Source: Armatimonadota bacterium (lineage in GTDB: Bacteria; Armatimonadota; Fimbriimonadia; Fimbriimonadales; Fimbriimonadaceae). From it: 64,000 nucleotides of DNA. Below, piece after piece: positions 10,641 to 21,297 of the stretch. How positions within the stretch are numbered: the stretch's first letter is position 1; the number at the start of each line of letters is the position of its first letter. The stretch spans positions 1-64,000 of the forward strand of contig JANNQV010000018.1 in the NCBI GenBank assembly GCA_031400935.1, written 5' to 3'. A program made the position numbers and the translations under genes. Below the pieces are notes generated by a model that was not told where the DNA came from, did not search any database, and worked only from the letters and a program-made list of their open reading frames with translations.

Positions 10641-11756
10641 ATGAACTCCCCCGTCCAATCCCCGACCGAACTCAGCGATCATGCATGGATCGAGATTGAC
10701 TTGAACCGGATTCGCCAGAATTTGAAAACGATTCAAGCGTTCATCGGCAAAGAATGCGGAATCATGGCGGTTGTCAAATCGGACGCATACGGCCATGGTA
10801 TCGAACCCATCGCAAAAGTCTGCGACGAATGGGGAGTCGCCAGTTTCGCCGTCATCTCCCTTCAAGAAGCCAGAAGGGCGCGAAGCGTAAGCAATCGAGA
10901 CGTGCTCATCATGGGCTATCTGACTGACAGCGATTATGGGCAAGCGATTCAAGAAGGATTTCTTCTCAGCCTGTACGAAGCGGATCTAGTCCCGATTCTA
11001 GAGAGTGCCGCGGTTACCGCTAAGCAAAAGGCGAGGGTCCACCTTAAAGTAGAAACCGGCTTAAATCGCCTTGGAATTGAGCCAGCGGAATCAATTCGTC
11101 TTTTGAAGGAACTGGATCATAACGAAAACTTCGTAGTTGAATCCGTCTTCAGCCATCTTGCCAATTCGGCGGATCAAAGAGAAAATGCCAAGCAGTGGGA
11201 CAGGTTTCAACCCGTTTTAGATGCCGCAAGGGCGTTGAATGTGGAGATTTCAGCTCACCTTACTAAGAGCCACGCACTCAAACCATTTCCCGAAAGCTTT
11301 CTCAGCTTTGTTCGGGTCGGGCTTGCCATCTATGGGTTCGAAGAAGTCATTCCCGGGCTAGTCCCAGCCTTAACCGCAAAGAGCGTTGTCATGCAGCGCA
11401 AGAAACTTCGAGCCGGAGAAGGCGTTTCCTACCTTCATCTTTTCAGGGCGCCGCACGATATGGAAATTGCAGTCGTTGCGATGGGTTACACAGAAGGGCT
11501 GAGCGTTTCGATGTCCGAGAAGATTGACATGCTGGTAAACGGCAATCGCGCTAGACAACTGGGCCGAATCTGCATGAATCTTTCGATGATTGATGTCACC
11601 GGCATCCCTGCCAAACGGGGGGATGAAGTGGTAGTCATCGGCACACAAGACCGCGAGACGATTCGCGCTTGCGACATCGCTGAGCGCACCGGGCTGAGGC
11701 AGCACGAGATCGTGACAAGGATTGGGAAAAGTCTGCCGAAGAGGTATTTTGAATAG
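10641..11756 (+). CDS. alr: Alanine racemase
   Basis: AVVKSDAYGHG (PLP lysine), HLKVETGLNRLG and GRICMN motifs; start moved to ATG 10641. Confidence 0.88.
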   Translation: MNSPVQSPTELSDHAWIEIDLNRIRQNLKTIQAFIGKECGIMAVVKSDAYGHGIEPIAKVCDEWGVASFAVISLQEARRARSVSNRDVLIMGYLTDSDYGQAIQEGFLLSLYEADLVPILESAAVTAKQKARVHLKVETGLNRLGIEPAESIRLLKELDHNENFVVESVFSHLANSADQRENAKQWDRFQPVLDAARALNVEISAHLTKSHALKPFPESFLSFVRVGLAIYGFEEVIPGLVPALTAKSVVMQRKKLRAGEGVSYLHLFRAPHDMEIAVVAMGYTEGLSVSMSEKIDMLVNGNRARQLGRICMNLSMIDVTGIPAKRGDEVVVIGTQDRETIRACDIAERTGLRQHEIVTRIGKSLPKRYFE

Positions 11757-11921
11757 GTGCTGCCATTCATCGTGACAAATGTTCGACTAGCGAAATCCAT
11801 CCGAAATCAGAGGAACCGCTCGGTATGTACACGATGTTGCATTCTGATCTCGAAATCGCAAATTCATGTTGATTTGTTCAAAATCCTTGTTGTAAAAGTG
11901 AATCTAAGGTAGAACTTTCGC

Positions 11922-12863
11922 ATGGGAATCGCTCTGCTCGCATGTGGGCTCTCAATGTTTGTCGCGGGATCAACGCCTCAATCTGAGCAAGCCATCATCA
12001 ACCTAGAGCGTGATGGCGCGCTTTCAAACCTTCGAGACGGCATCCCTGTTATTGTTCAGCTACGGAATCGCAGAATCAAATTGACTGGCGTGTCGGTGCC
12101 TATGAAACCGCTAAGGGCATCGGCTGGCAAACTCTCTGTAAGCATTTCGCCAGATGGAACCAATCTGGCGATCATCAATTGCGGAAAGGAGTCAACCATC
12201 AGCGTAAGAACTGTCAATAATGAGGCATTTGCAACAGAATCGCTTTGGCCAAATCATAAGAGCTTCAACGACGCTAGATATACGAACGGTTTGGGGGGCA
12301 TGCCACGGTTTATGCAAATAGTCTCGTGTAAGTCAAGAATATTTGTTGTATTTCGCATCATTGCCGGTCACCAATCTACTGGTAACCAAAACACCTTCGC
12401 GTATGGGCTTCTTTTTGTTGAATCTAACAGCTCAAAACCGAAACTGATTCGCCTTTGGCCGTCCGGCGGGTACCGCGAAATGTTTCCAGTGCCTTGCATG
12501 ACCACCTTGAACGGTAGAGCCTGGGCAGCCGTCATGGCAAGAGATAATACATTTGAGCTGTTCGATCTCGGTTCAATGAAAATTGTCAAGTCTGGATTGC
12601 CACACAACTTTGGCGCCTTTGTTGGCAATGAGGCGATTTTCTATGAATCAATTAGAGAATTGAGTGGGAATCTGGCTGATGCAACAATTGTCAACCTTGA
12701 TACATTTCGAGCCCTAACAAAACGGGTTGAGCACGATGCGTTGGGTCCAATTGCAATCAGCATGGGCGGCGCAATCTTCTTTGAGTGGGGTTGGAAGCCG
12801 GTAGCACAATTTTATGATGCAGCAACGAGAAGATTTTATCCAGCCAAGTTTAAGGATGAGTGA
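11922..12863 (+). CDS. Hypothetical secreted protein
   Basis: 313-aa ORF with a signal-like N-terminus; no family recognised. Confidence 0.6.
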   Translation: MGIALLACGLSMFVAGSTPQSEQAIINLERDGALSNLRDGIPVIVQLRNRRIKLTGVSVPMKPLRASAGKLSVSISPDGTNLAIINCGKESTISVRTVNNEAFATESLWPNHKSFNDARYTNGLGGMPRFMQIVSCKSRIFVVFRIIAGHQSTGNQNTFAYGLLFVESNSSKPKLIRLWPSGGYREMFPVPCMTTLNGRAWAAVMARDNTFELFDLGSMKIVKSGLPHNFGAFVGNEAIFYESIRELSGNLADATIVNLDTFRALTKRVEHDALGPIAISMGGAIFFEWGWKPVAQFYDAATRRFYPAKFKDE

Positions 12864-12913
12864 ACTGGCGTTTTCACTAACTAGTAGTACATTTCGATGA
12901 AAATCGGAATCCA

Positions 12914-15448
12914 CTAATCAGAATCAGCAACTTTCAAGTTTCGAAACCTCTTTGGAACTTCCTTCCCTGTGATCGCCCGCCACACAATCTCCGTCTGCTC
13001 TTCATCAAACCCAGGATCGGCGATCAGCCGGGGGAACAGTTTTTCGCTCTTCTTCGCCCCAAAAGCCGTCGCCTTGTTTTGCTCTGCCATGATCTCTCGA
13101 TCTGGCAGAATCGCATCAAAGACGTCGTCATTTTCAGGCTTCGCAGAAAAGATCGCCATCGGCCGAGCGACTGCGTCGAACTGGTTCATCGGCTTCATTC
13201 CCAGAATCAATTCCATAGTCCTCAGCACCGAATCCGTGTTGTAAAACCGGCTATCCAAAAAGTTTTTCTTTACAAATGGGCTTACCACGTAACACGTGGA
13301 ACGGTGCGCGTCAACGCTGTCGTAGCCTGCCTGGGCGTCGTCTTCCAGAATGAAGATCGCCGTCTGCTTCCAAAATGGACTCTTTGAAACGGCTTCCACT
13401 AGTTGTCCTACGGCGTAGTCGTTGTCGGCAACCATTGCCCTGGGACTTGCCGATCCAGCGCGAGTTCCGGATGTGTGGTCAGTTCCCATGCGTACCAATT
13501 GGAGCCTTGGCATCGAGCCTTTCTGTACGAACTCATCAAATTCTCGTTTCCAAACGGTGAATCTTGAAGGAGCTCTATGCGGGCCGAATTCCTTCATCTG
13601 ACTTGGAAAAAATGCGTTGTGCTTCAGATACGCTTCACCGTCTGCGTAAGCCAAGTCGTAACGCCGAAAATCGAGGCAAGTACTTCCAGTAAGAGCTTTC
13701 TTTGCTGGTTTCTGGTCAACGGCTCCAGGCGTGTTTCTCTTATCGCCTGGATCGTCAAAGGTGAGAAACATTCCATAATTGCGGAAGCTGACACCGTGCT
13801 TGATTGCTTGCTCCCAAAGGTAACCACCAGGAGCCCTTGCCACATCTTTGAATCCCAACAGATCAACTGCAACCCCGCTGTTCGCGCCTTCAAAGTCGTA
13901 ATTGCGCCCTCTGCCGGAATAGTTGTAGACCGTGTTCCTAGAGGTGTAAGGATTCGCCATACCGGAAGTTGACCAATTCCATCCATCCGCAGAAACCTCA
14001 GCGCAAACATAGAAGTTGTCAAATTGCACGAACCTTTCCGTTATTGCGTGTTGGTTTGGAGTGACTGCCCTTGGAAAAAGGCAAAGGCTAGCGTCTCGAA
14101 CGCCTCGCGGAATGTCGCTCAAAACCTGATCGTACGTTCTGTTTTCCTTAACGATATAGATAACGTACTTAATTCCAGGGTTAGTGAAATCAGGATGAGT
14201 TGACGAATTCAAGTTTGGCACGATTCGGTTGTTTAGCGCGACTGTTGCAGTGTGTTTTTCAAGCTTTGAAAACTCGGAAATTGGAATTCGGGAAACTGTT
14301 CCAACGATGACATCTTGAATATAGCGGCCCAAGTCGCCAACTGGTTTTCCGTTCGGATTTCGGGACTTGACGCCCTTTGCGCTAGCTACAATCACACCTG
14401 ATCCGTCCGGATCGCAAGCAATCGCAGTCGGCAGCCAACCGGTTGGAACATAGCCTTCAACGGAACCCGAAACAGGATTCACTTGGGCGATGCAGTTCAT
14501 ATCGGAAAGGGCTACCAGAAGCTTCTTTCCATTTGGAGTCAGGCACATTCCAAGGGGAGAAACTCCTGGCAAACCGCGTAGTGCCGGTGGACGAAGGAGG
14601 GCGGTAGCTAGAACTCGGTCGTTCGAAGTATCAATAATCGAAACCGTGTCGCTACTGGCGTTCGCGACGAAAAGCCGCGATTGATCTGGGCTTAAGTACA
14701 TCATCGTCGGTTGCGAGCCTGTTGCGATCATTCGATAGGAACGGCCGGTTTCAGGGTCATAAGATGCCACAACTCCGTCTCGCTCACTTGAAACATAAAT
14801 CTTCTTGTCTTTTGCTGTGCCCTTTGTGATCGCGATGACTCCAAACGGAAACCCCGGAGTGGAAATTCTTCTCACCAGATTTCCGGAAGCTACATCATAG
14901 ACGCCAAGTCCGCCTTGCATTTTTGTGAAGGGCGAAGTTTGATTCTGAGCCGCATATATCTTTGTGCAACCGGAACTAAGCGCAATTCCCGCAAAATGGA
15001 GCGGCAAATTCGAACCCTTGGTGCGTTTATCCGAGATTTTCTTGCCCGTTGCCTTCAGAATTCCTTCCCCGCTTAGTTCGAATTCCGAAATAATGTCTTG
15101 TGCTCCTTGCGAAGCGTAAATCAGAGTCTTTCCGTCAACATAACAGATCGCTAAGCCATAGTAGAGGCCGTTTCCTGGGCGGACAAATGGAATTTGAGAA
15201 ACAACTTTTCCGTCGCTGATCCGAACCGAGGAAAGGAATTGGCGAAACCCAATGTTGCTCACAACGGCAAATTTGCCGCCATGCGCGATCTTCATATTGA
15301 TCGGATAGCTGCCGATGTCGGCGTGTGTTCCTATCGGCGTGATTCTTTTCCCGGTGGAGTTGAGGTCCCAGTCGGGGAGGGGATTACTTTGCGAAAAGCC
15401 CAAGGCGGGAATTGCTAGCGCGATGAAGAGTAAGAGTTGGCGGATCAT
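12914..15448 (-). CDS. YncE/YVTN beta-propeller fused to an alkaline phosphatase/phosphoesterase domain
   Basis: Signal peptide; LFVANASSDTVSIID propeller repeats; YIVKENRTYDQV, DHTSG, ADNDYAVG and EDDAQAG motifs. Confidence 0.88.
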   Translation of the reverse strand: MIRQLLLFIALAIPALGFSQSNPLPDWDLNSTGKRITPIGTHADIGSYPINMKIAHGGKFAVVSNIGFRQFLSSVRISDGKVVSQIPFVRPGNGLYYGLAICYVDGKTLIYASQGAQDIISEFELSGEGILKATGKKISDKRTKGSNLPLHFAGIALSSGCTKIYAAQNQTSPFTKMQGGLGVYDVASGNLVRRISTPGFPFGVIAITKGTAKDKKIYVSSERDGVVASYDPETGRSYRMIATGSQPTMMYLSPDQSRLFVANASSDTVSIIDTSNDRVLATALLRPPALRGLPGVSPLGMCLTPNGKKLLVALSDMNCIAQVNPVSGSVEGYVPTGWLPTAIACDPDGSGVIVASAKGVKSRNPNGKPVGDLGRYIQDVIVGTVSRIPISEFSKLEKHTATVALNNRIVPNLNSSTHPDFTNPGIKYVIYIVKENRTYDQVLSDIPRGVRDASLCLFPRAVTPNQHAITERFVQFDNFYVCAEVSADGWNWSTSGMANPYTSRNTVYNYSGRGRNYDFEGANSGVAVDLLGFKDVARAPGGYLWEQAIKHGVSFRNYGMFLTFDDPGDKRNTPGAVDQKPAKKALTGSTCLDFRRYDLAYADGEAYLKHNAFFPSQMKEFGPHRAPSRFTVWKREFDEFVQKGSMPRLQLVRMGTDHTSGTRAGSASPRAMVADNDYAVGQLVEAVSKSPFWKQTAIFILEDDAQAGYDSVDAHRSTCYVVSPFVKKNFLDSRFYNTDSVLRTMELILGMKPMNQFDAVARPMAIFSAKPENDDVFDAILPDREIMAEQNKATAFGAKKSEKLFPRLIADPGFDEEQTEIVWRAITGKEVPKRFRNLKVADSD

Positions 15449-15527
15449 TGGTCTATGTAATTCGCTATGGACTATCGAATTCCTTTGAGAGATGTGTTAA
15501 GATTTGGTCAGATTAATCCACTTGATG

Positions 15528-15863
15528 CTAACTAGCCAAAATAGATTCGACTTCTCGAATCAAAACAGGCACACGGCTTTCAATAGCGGCAACAATGCGT
15601 TGAGGGCTGATCGCATCATAGCCATGTGCAATTACGTTTCTCATTCCAATGATAGCTGCAGCGTCAGTAATTTGGTTCAGTAGATCAGGATCAGCGTCTC
15701 GAATTCGCACCAACGCCTCGCCAATAATCTCAAACAGCCGTTCGATTGCAAGGGCATCGCGGCGCGAGGCCTAATAAAATTCTCCCTTAGGTCCTCCAAT
15801 TTCTAGTATTTCTGTTGCCGACGCCCGAATATCCGCTAGAAATCCGCGCGTTTCAGGCCGCAT
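15528..15863 (-). pseudogene. HepT-like (DUF86/HEPN) toxin with an in-frame stop
   Basis: Reads MRPETRGFLADI...GEFY*ASRRDALAIERLFEIIGEAL...GMRNVIAHGYD. The RX4H motif is intact; TAG at 15771-15773. Confidence 0.85.
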
Positions 15864-16176
15864 AAATCTCCAGTGCTTGGCTGTCAACCACTTCCTTAAA
15901 GTTCTGTTTGCGAATCGCTTCACGTTCAACAAGATCAACTCGTCTGTTAAACAACTTCTCAAGCTCTACTTGGAGTACGAAAAGCTGGGAAAAGAGGTCA
16001 ATTCCTTAAGGAGGCGGATCAAATTCAACTAGCAAATCAAAATCACTTGACTTTGGTTCCCAGCTTGATGAGAGTGCGGAACCGAAGAGCTAAAGTCGTC
16101 TGACTCCGAACTGCTTGCACAATTTCTTGAGTTCAACGCGAGAGCTCTCCAATGCAACTTTTGCGACCGGATTCAT
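15853..16176 (-). pseudogene. MNT (minimal nucleotidyltransferase) antitoxin with two in-frame stops
   Basis: Reads MNPVAK...LCKQFGVRRL*LFGSALSSSWEPKSSDFDLLVEFDPPP*GIDLF...RRVDLV. The GS and DxD motifs are intact; TAG at 16090-16092 and TAA at 16006-16008. Confidence 0.85.
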
Positions 16177-16293
16177 ACCTGCTAGTTTACAGCTAATATC
16201 AAAAGACTAATTGACGCTTACTCCCAATTTCCTCTGATTGGAACTGATTGGGAAGGAGGAAGGGGAATCCGAACCTCATTAAGTTGGCGACAA

Positions 16294-19179
16294 CTAGCCC
16301 CCGCCCTTCTTCACAGGCTCAAAACCAAAGTTCTGCCCCTTTTGAATTGCGGGGACTCCCTCAGCCATCCACTTTGGCAATGGCCCATCTTTCAGATAGT
16401 AATCAAAGAACTGGTGGAGCCGCATCGAGAGGTCTTTCTGGTTTGGCCGCTTGCTCAGATTGTGCTTGTCACCGTTGTAATTGAGCATCCAAGCTGTTTT
16501 TCCAAGCCTACGCAAGGCTGTGAACATCTCCACGCCTTGCTGGAACGGCACCGCGTCGTCCGCATCGTTGTTCATCATGAGAACTGGCGTTTGAACCTTG
16601 TCAGCATAGAATAGCGGTGAGTTCTCAAGATAGCGAAGCGGAAAATCCCAGATTGAACCGCCAATTCGGCTTTGCCCAACTTCGTATTGAAACTGCCGAA
16701 CTAAACCAGATCCCAATCGAATTCCACCGTAGGCGCTTGTCATATTTGAAACTGCTGCTCCGGCTCCAGCCGCCGCATACAATTTCGTTCGAGTGATGAG
16801 GTGCATAACTTGGTAGCCGCCCCAACTTTGACCTTGAATTCCGATGCGCTTCGAATCAACATAACCCCGCCGGATGACTTCTAATGTCCCTGAAATAATT
16901 GCTTTTTCTGCACTTTCTCCGGGATAGCCAATTGTATATGGAATATCGGGCATGAAAACCAAATAGCCGTTGCTTGCAAACATCGTCGGATTTATGGTTG
17001 AAGCGCTTGGCGATGGAACTCGGTGCTGGTGCAGGTCCGTTGAAGAAATCTCGTAAAAGTAAACGATCATCGGATACTTCTTGCCAGGGTCAAAGTCTTC
17101 TGGTTTGATGAGTGTTCCCTTTAGTGGAACGCCATCAGCAGATAGCCAATTCACCAATTCCGATTTTCCCCAGTTGTAATCCTTTTGCTGTGGATTGGTA
17201 TCACTGACTTTAGTCAAATTTGCAAACGATGTATCTGTTACGAATAGTTCGGGATAGTCGCTAAACGAACCTTTTCTAACAAGCATCTCATTAGAGTCAG
17301 CTGCTTTTCCACTAATTACAAATGAAAAGTTACCCATTACTAACGACTTAGGCGAATCCTTGCCATAAAATTGGTCAACGAAAACTCCATTTGCCATTGT
17401 GTCCTGGTTAAGAACTCTTAGCAAAACGGGTTGCTTCGAATTCAGTCCGACCACGTCATCTTCTCGAGGAAATGCCTGAATGGAGAATGTCCAGTTTTGG
17501 AATCGCCCCATGCCATCTGTAAAGCACGTTGGCCGCTTCGAGCCATCAATGCTTAGTACCCAAAGGTCCCGCGAATCCGAAACAACGAGATCGCCATTAT
17601 CCAAATACTGCACCGGCCCAGCTGGCGTTAGCCTAATCGGATGGTCGTCCGTCGTATCCCAAAGTGGCACTGTGATACCTGCACTGACATTTACTGTTTT
17701 GCCGGAGGAGAGTTCAACAGACATATAATGCTTTGCTTCGCCGTCAAAGTAAACAAAGTGTGTTCCCGCCGGATTCAACGAACCATTGTCATAGAATGCT
17801 TTGCGAAGCAAAGACGTTGAGCCTGATTGAGTGTCGAAAACATAAACATCGTTTGGCGTTTCAGTCCAAGATGAAGCAGCCCGATATGGGTCGTCATCAT
17901 TAGCGATTCCGTACCTGCCATCTCCTCGATTGCCAATCGTTACGTTTTTCAGAGCCACGTTTTCAACTTGTGTGACCTTGCCAGTGGCAACGTCTAACAT
18001 GGCTTCATACGTTCGATTTTTCTCCGTCGTGGTTTGAAGCAACTGCTGAGGCATAAGCACTTTGTCAGTCCACGCCCAAACATCAACGACGGCTTTCTCT
18101 TCATCTGGATCTGCTGGCTTTGGCTCTGGAAGCGGCTTCGTGCCTGTCGCAAAAAACACACGATTTCCGCTGAACGAAAACCTCAAACTGCCTCGGCTTA
18201 GGACGACAAAGTCTTTGCCGATACTTGCGTTTCCATCTGCAGCTACTTCTTTAGATTTCGAATTACCTGTATTCCATATGTGCAATGCGAACTCAGAAGG
18301 GTCCTTTTCGTATCGGTCACGGTCAGTTAGAAAGGCCACGCGACCAGTCCCTTTATGAACAATCGCGTTCTTGTATTGTGCCTTCCCGGAAGCGATAGTC
18401 GTGGTCCTGTTTGCAGCTAAATCGAGCCAATACAAACCGTCTTTTTCGCCCGTTTTGTCCGAAACCGAGTAAACCGCAGCGCTCCCAGCATCGTTGAAAA
18501 GTAGGTCACCAACATCGGTCAATTTCACTTCTGTGGCGTCGTCAATCTTGCGAAGAATCCATTCGGAACCAACGGCGTGCTCCTTCTTTTTCTTGGGCTC
18601 GTCCTTCTTTGGTTCTTCTTTTTTGGGCTCCTGATTTGCGCCTTGAACTTCAGAATCTGACGGAGGTTTCGTTTCAGGTTTTGCAGGAGTAGGGGCGGGA
18701 GGGGATGGTGCCTCATCCAGTTGATAGGCAAACCAACCTGAATCCTTAGTCGGCAACCGCCAAGTTTTGACCCTTTCGATAGAAACAACCGTTCCGGTCG
18801 CCAAATTCAAAATTGAAAGGCTGTTTTTCGGCTGATCTTTGGCAGCTTTCTTTTCCTTCTTCGCCTTATCAACATCTGCCTTAGATGGCACGGTAGTAAA
18901 AAGAGCAAAATTGGAATCCGTGGTGAATCGCAATGCGGTTCCGCGAGGATATGGTTTTGAAGTTTTTGAATTTGAGTCCCCTACAAACAGGTTCCCGTCG
19001 CCGACTTGCGGATTGATTGTATACGCGAAATTTGCACCATTTCGCGAAATAGCTGTCCCAGCAAGTGCCTTCCAACTATCGTAAACATCATGAGTCAGCG
19101 GCTTCTTTACAGTTTGAAACGCAAAAGCAGCAGGCAGGGCAATCAAAAGGGTAAAAGCAATATATCGGATGCGACGCAT
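16294..19179 (-). CDS. Secreted S9 prolyl oligopeptidase / acylaminoacyl peptidase
   Basis: GQSWGG nucleophile motif, NDADDAV and KHNL; signal peptide. Confidence 0.92.
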   Translation of the reverse strand: MRRIRYIAFTLLIALPAAFAFQTVKKPLTHDVYDSWKALAGTAISRNGANFAYTINPQVGDGNLFVGDSNSKTSKPYPRGTALRFTTDSNFALFTTVPSKADVDKAKKEKKAAKDQPKNSLSILNLATGTVVSIERVKTWRLPTKDSGWFAYQLDEAPSPPAPTPAKPETKPPSDSEVQGANQEPKKEEPKKDEPKKKKEHAVGSEWILRKIDDATEVKLTDVGDLLFNDAGSAAVYSVSDKTGEKDGLYWLDLAANRTTTIASGKAQYKNAIVHKGTGRVAFLTDRDRYEKDPSEFALHIWNTGNSKSKEVAADGNASIGKDFVVLSRGSLRFSFSGNRVFFATGTKPLPEPKPADPDEEKAVVDVWAWTDKVLMPQQLLQTTTEKNRTYEAMLDVATGKVTQVENVALKNVTIGNRGDGRYGIANDDDPYRAASSWTETPNDVYVFDTQSGSTSLLRKAFYDNGSLNPAGTHFVYFDGEAKHYMSVELSSGKTVNVSAGITVPLWDTTDDHPIRLTPAGPVQYLDNGDLVVSDSRDLWVLSIDGSKRPTCFTDGMGRFQNWTFSIQAFPREDDVVGLNSKQPVLLRVLNQDTMANGVFVDQFYGKDSPKSLVMGNFSFVISGKAADSNEMLVRKGSFSDYPELFVTDTSFANLTKVSDTNPQQKDYNWGKSELVNWLSADGVPLKGTLIKPEDFDPGKKYPMIVYFYEISSTDLHQHRVPSPSASTINPTMFASNGYLVFMPDIPYTIGYPGESAEKAIISGTLEVIRRGYVDSKRIGIQGQSWGGYQVMHLITRTKLYAAAGAGAAVSNMTSAYGGIRLGSGLVRQFQYEVGQSRIGGSIWDFPLRYLENSPLFYADKVQTPVLMMNNDADDAVPFQQGVEMFTALRRLGKTAWMLNYNGDKHNLSKRPNQKDLSMRLHQFFDYYLKDGPLPKWMAEGVPAIQKGQNFGFEPVKKGGG

Positions 19180-19203
19180 TGCGAAAGGCTACCCAAATGA
19201 AGT

Positions 19204-19330
19204 AGGGGTTTAGGTTTTAGGTATTGGGCCCTAGGGTGAAATGGGTGAAGGGGTCATTAGGTGAAGCTATTGGCAAGGACGACAAGATTAGTCCAAAACC
19301 CAAAAATCTAACCAGTTACCCAGTGGCCCA
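19204..19330. repeat. Degenerate inverted 8-mer arrays between the S9 gene and the sigma factor
   Basis: GGGGTTTA GGTTTTAG... and GGGTGAA repeats, facing CCAAAACC CAAAAATC; overlaps the 3' end of the sigma gene. Confidence 0.55.
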
Positions 19331-19913
19331 AATTCTCCGAATCACCTTTCAGCGAATTCAATTTTGCCCGCATAGCCTTATGCGCCCGGTGCAATCTGGA
19401 TCGAATCGTCCCGATTGGCTTACCAAGAATGCTCGCGATTTCTTTATATGGAACCTGCTCGATATCAGCCAGCGTGATGAGCAATTGCTGCTCAGGGCTG
19501 AGGGCATCAAGGGTCGTCTGAACCTCTTCGCAAAACGTATGGTTCATCAAAACTTTTTCGGGATCGAGTGTTTGGTCCGGAACATCAAAGTAAAGCTGAT
19601 CGTTAGAATCGCTATTGAGCGGAGCATCATATGAAATTGTTGTAACGCGACGCTTTTTGCTCCGAAGCAAATCAAGAAATAGGCGATTCACGATTCTAAG
19701 AATCCAGTTTTCAAACGGCTTATCTCCTTCAAAATGCTCAAATCCGCGATAGGCGCGGAAAAATGCTTCTTGAGTTAGGTCTTCTGCATCCACACGATTT
19801 CCAACCAAGCGATAGGCCATGTTATAGACCTTTCGATAGCTTCGGTTCATCAAATCCTGAAATCTCTCTTCTTCAGGGTACGAGAATCGTGGAATTGTCA
19901 TCGTGTTTTGCAT
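19308..19913 (-). CDS. ECF-family RNA polymerase sigma-70 factor
   Basis: DAEDLTQEAF, WILRIVNR and YKEIASILGKPIGTIRSRLHRA motifs. Confidence 0.93.
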   Translation of the reverse strand: MQNTMTIPRFSYPEEERFQDLMNRSYRKVYNMAYRLVGNRVDAEDLTQEAFFRAYRGFEHFEGDKPFENWILRIVNRLFLDLLRSKKRRVTTISYDAPLNSDSNDQLYFDVPDQTLDPEKVLMNHTFCEEVQTTLDALSPEQQLLITLADIEQVPYKEIASILGKPIGTIRSRLHRAHKAMRAKLNSLKGDSENLGHWVTG

Positions 19914-20246
19914 CAAAAATCCCTAGAGCACCCGCGCAGTTGCTGGCACTCATAAAGCTAAACAGGTTCAAGCCCCCAGAAGTTCCGTTTTGGAAGGACT
20001 TTTGACCCATCTTCAGGCTCGAATGTCGGAAATTACTGGGTTTGCCGTTGCATTGCTCAATTGCGGGCCTGTACTTCGTAAATAGTGCAGCGTGCTCCTG
20101 TTCGTTATGATGGCTTGAATGCCATTGTAAAGAAAAGCCCACTCTTTCACGGACACAAATCAACCGACTTGAATCTTTGAATTGAAATAGCGTGGTCTGG
20201 AGTGAATCAAGTAGGGCATCGAATTGATCGGTGCCACGGAGTAAAA

Positions 20247-20333
20247 ATTTCAACCCAGACAATCATCATCATTATCGTTCTCATACTGCCTTTCGGTGGC
20301 GGTGGCTGGTTCTACCGCGGACGTAATAGGTAG
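20247..20333 (+). CDS. Possible small membrane peptide (DUF3309-like), with a non-canonical or mutated ATT start
   Basis: GGAG RBS, then ATT-STQTIIIIIVLILPFGGGGWFYRGRNR*: a hydrophobic helix, a GGGG-aromatic stretch and a basic tail. Confidence 0.45.
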   Translation: MSTQTIIIIIVLILPFGGGGWFYRGRNR

Positions 20334-20475
20334 CTGAGAGAGGCAACTGAATCAAAGGACTTCCCGTGCCTAGGAAGCACATGCCAATTCAATGCAGAAT
20401 TTGACGCTTCCTGAATACTAAAGGAACTTTGAATCAAAGAGTTGGTGCTCACTTATGGTCCATGTCGTTTGGGTC

Positions 20476-21129
20476 CTATTGCCGTAAGGGTACTTTCGCT
20501 AATGCCCGCCAGCCGTTTTTCACACGTACCGGCGTGACGATCAATGCCTGAGATGGCTCGCGAGTGCGCATTGCTGAAGTGATGCGAGGATCATCCGAGA
20601 ACCATATTTCGCTCACGAAAGCACGCCCTGTCTTTACATGGAAATGGATGTGTTGGGGAAGGTCGCCCCCAGGGTAGCCGGCTGGGCGGATAGTAATCAG
20701 TGTTGCTTTGCCATCCGGTCCAGTTTTGACGTAAGCGAAGAGCCTGGCATACTTAACGTCCCCAGAGTTACCACTAATATGGACTCCGTTCGCTCCATAT
20801 GCGCCTCTTGCATCGGTATGGTAACCGTAGATGAGTTGATCCGGTTTGCCGAGATCCAGTGTGAGTTCCAACCGCTCGCCTGGTTCAATCGGGGTTACCA
20901 TTGTAACTGGCTTGCTACTTGCGTTCTTCTTGATTATGTCGCGGAAGCGCAAGTATGGGCGAACGGGGTCGTAATTGGCATTGGAAAGTACGGCCGTGAC
21001 GCCGAGCGTAACCACTTCCTTCTCGGCAAGGTCAATCAGGGCCCGTATCTGCGGTGTCTCTGCACCCGGCGGATCCTGCCACTTGGGAACCTGGACCTGC
21101 GTGATGACTGTCAGTAGTAGAGCGATCAT
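20476..21129 (-). CDS. Secreted intradiol ring-cleavage dioxygenase-like protein
   Basis: EPGERL, YHTDARGAY, TIRPAGYP and PQHIHF motifs; signal-like N-terminus. Confidence 0.78.
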   Translation of the reverse strand: MIALLLTVITQVQVPKWQDPPGAETPQIRALIDLAEKEVVTLGVTAVLSNANYDPVRPYLRFRDIIKKNASSKPVTMVTPIEPGERLELTLDLGKPDQLIYGYHTDARGAYGANGVHISGNSGDVKYARLFAYVKTGPDGKATLITIRPAGYPGGDLPQHIHFHVKTGRAFVSEIWFSDDPRITSAMRTREPSQALIVTPVRVKNGWRALAKVPLRQ

Positions 21130-21297
21130 TACGCTGAGTTACGAAGTCAGGTTGCTAAGAGGTTCCAGAGCGCTCACGCATTGCTGCAAGCTAGCCGGAC
21201 CTTGTTCTCTCGTCGAATTGAATTGTTATCTAGGACTACTCATACGAGCCTAGGTTCACTGCGATACATCTACTGGCTCAGTAATATCTCGGGAGTT

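Noticed and set aside
15528..16176. Stop-codon reassignment or readthrough
   Set aside because: Both TAG and TAA are involved, and both end many normal genes in this window.
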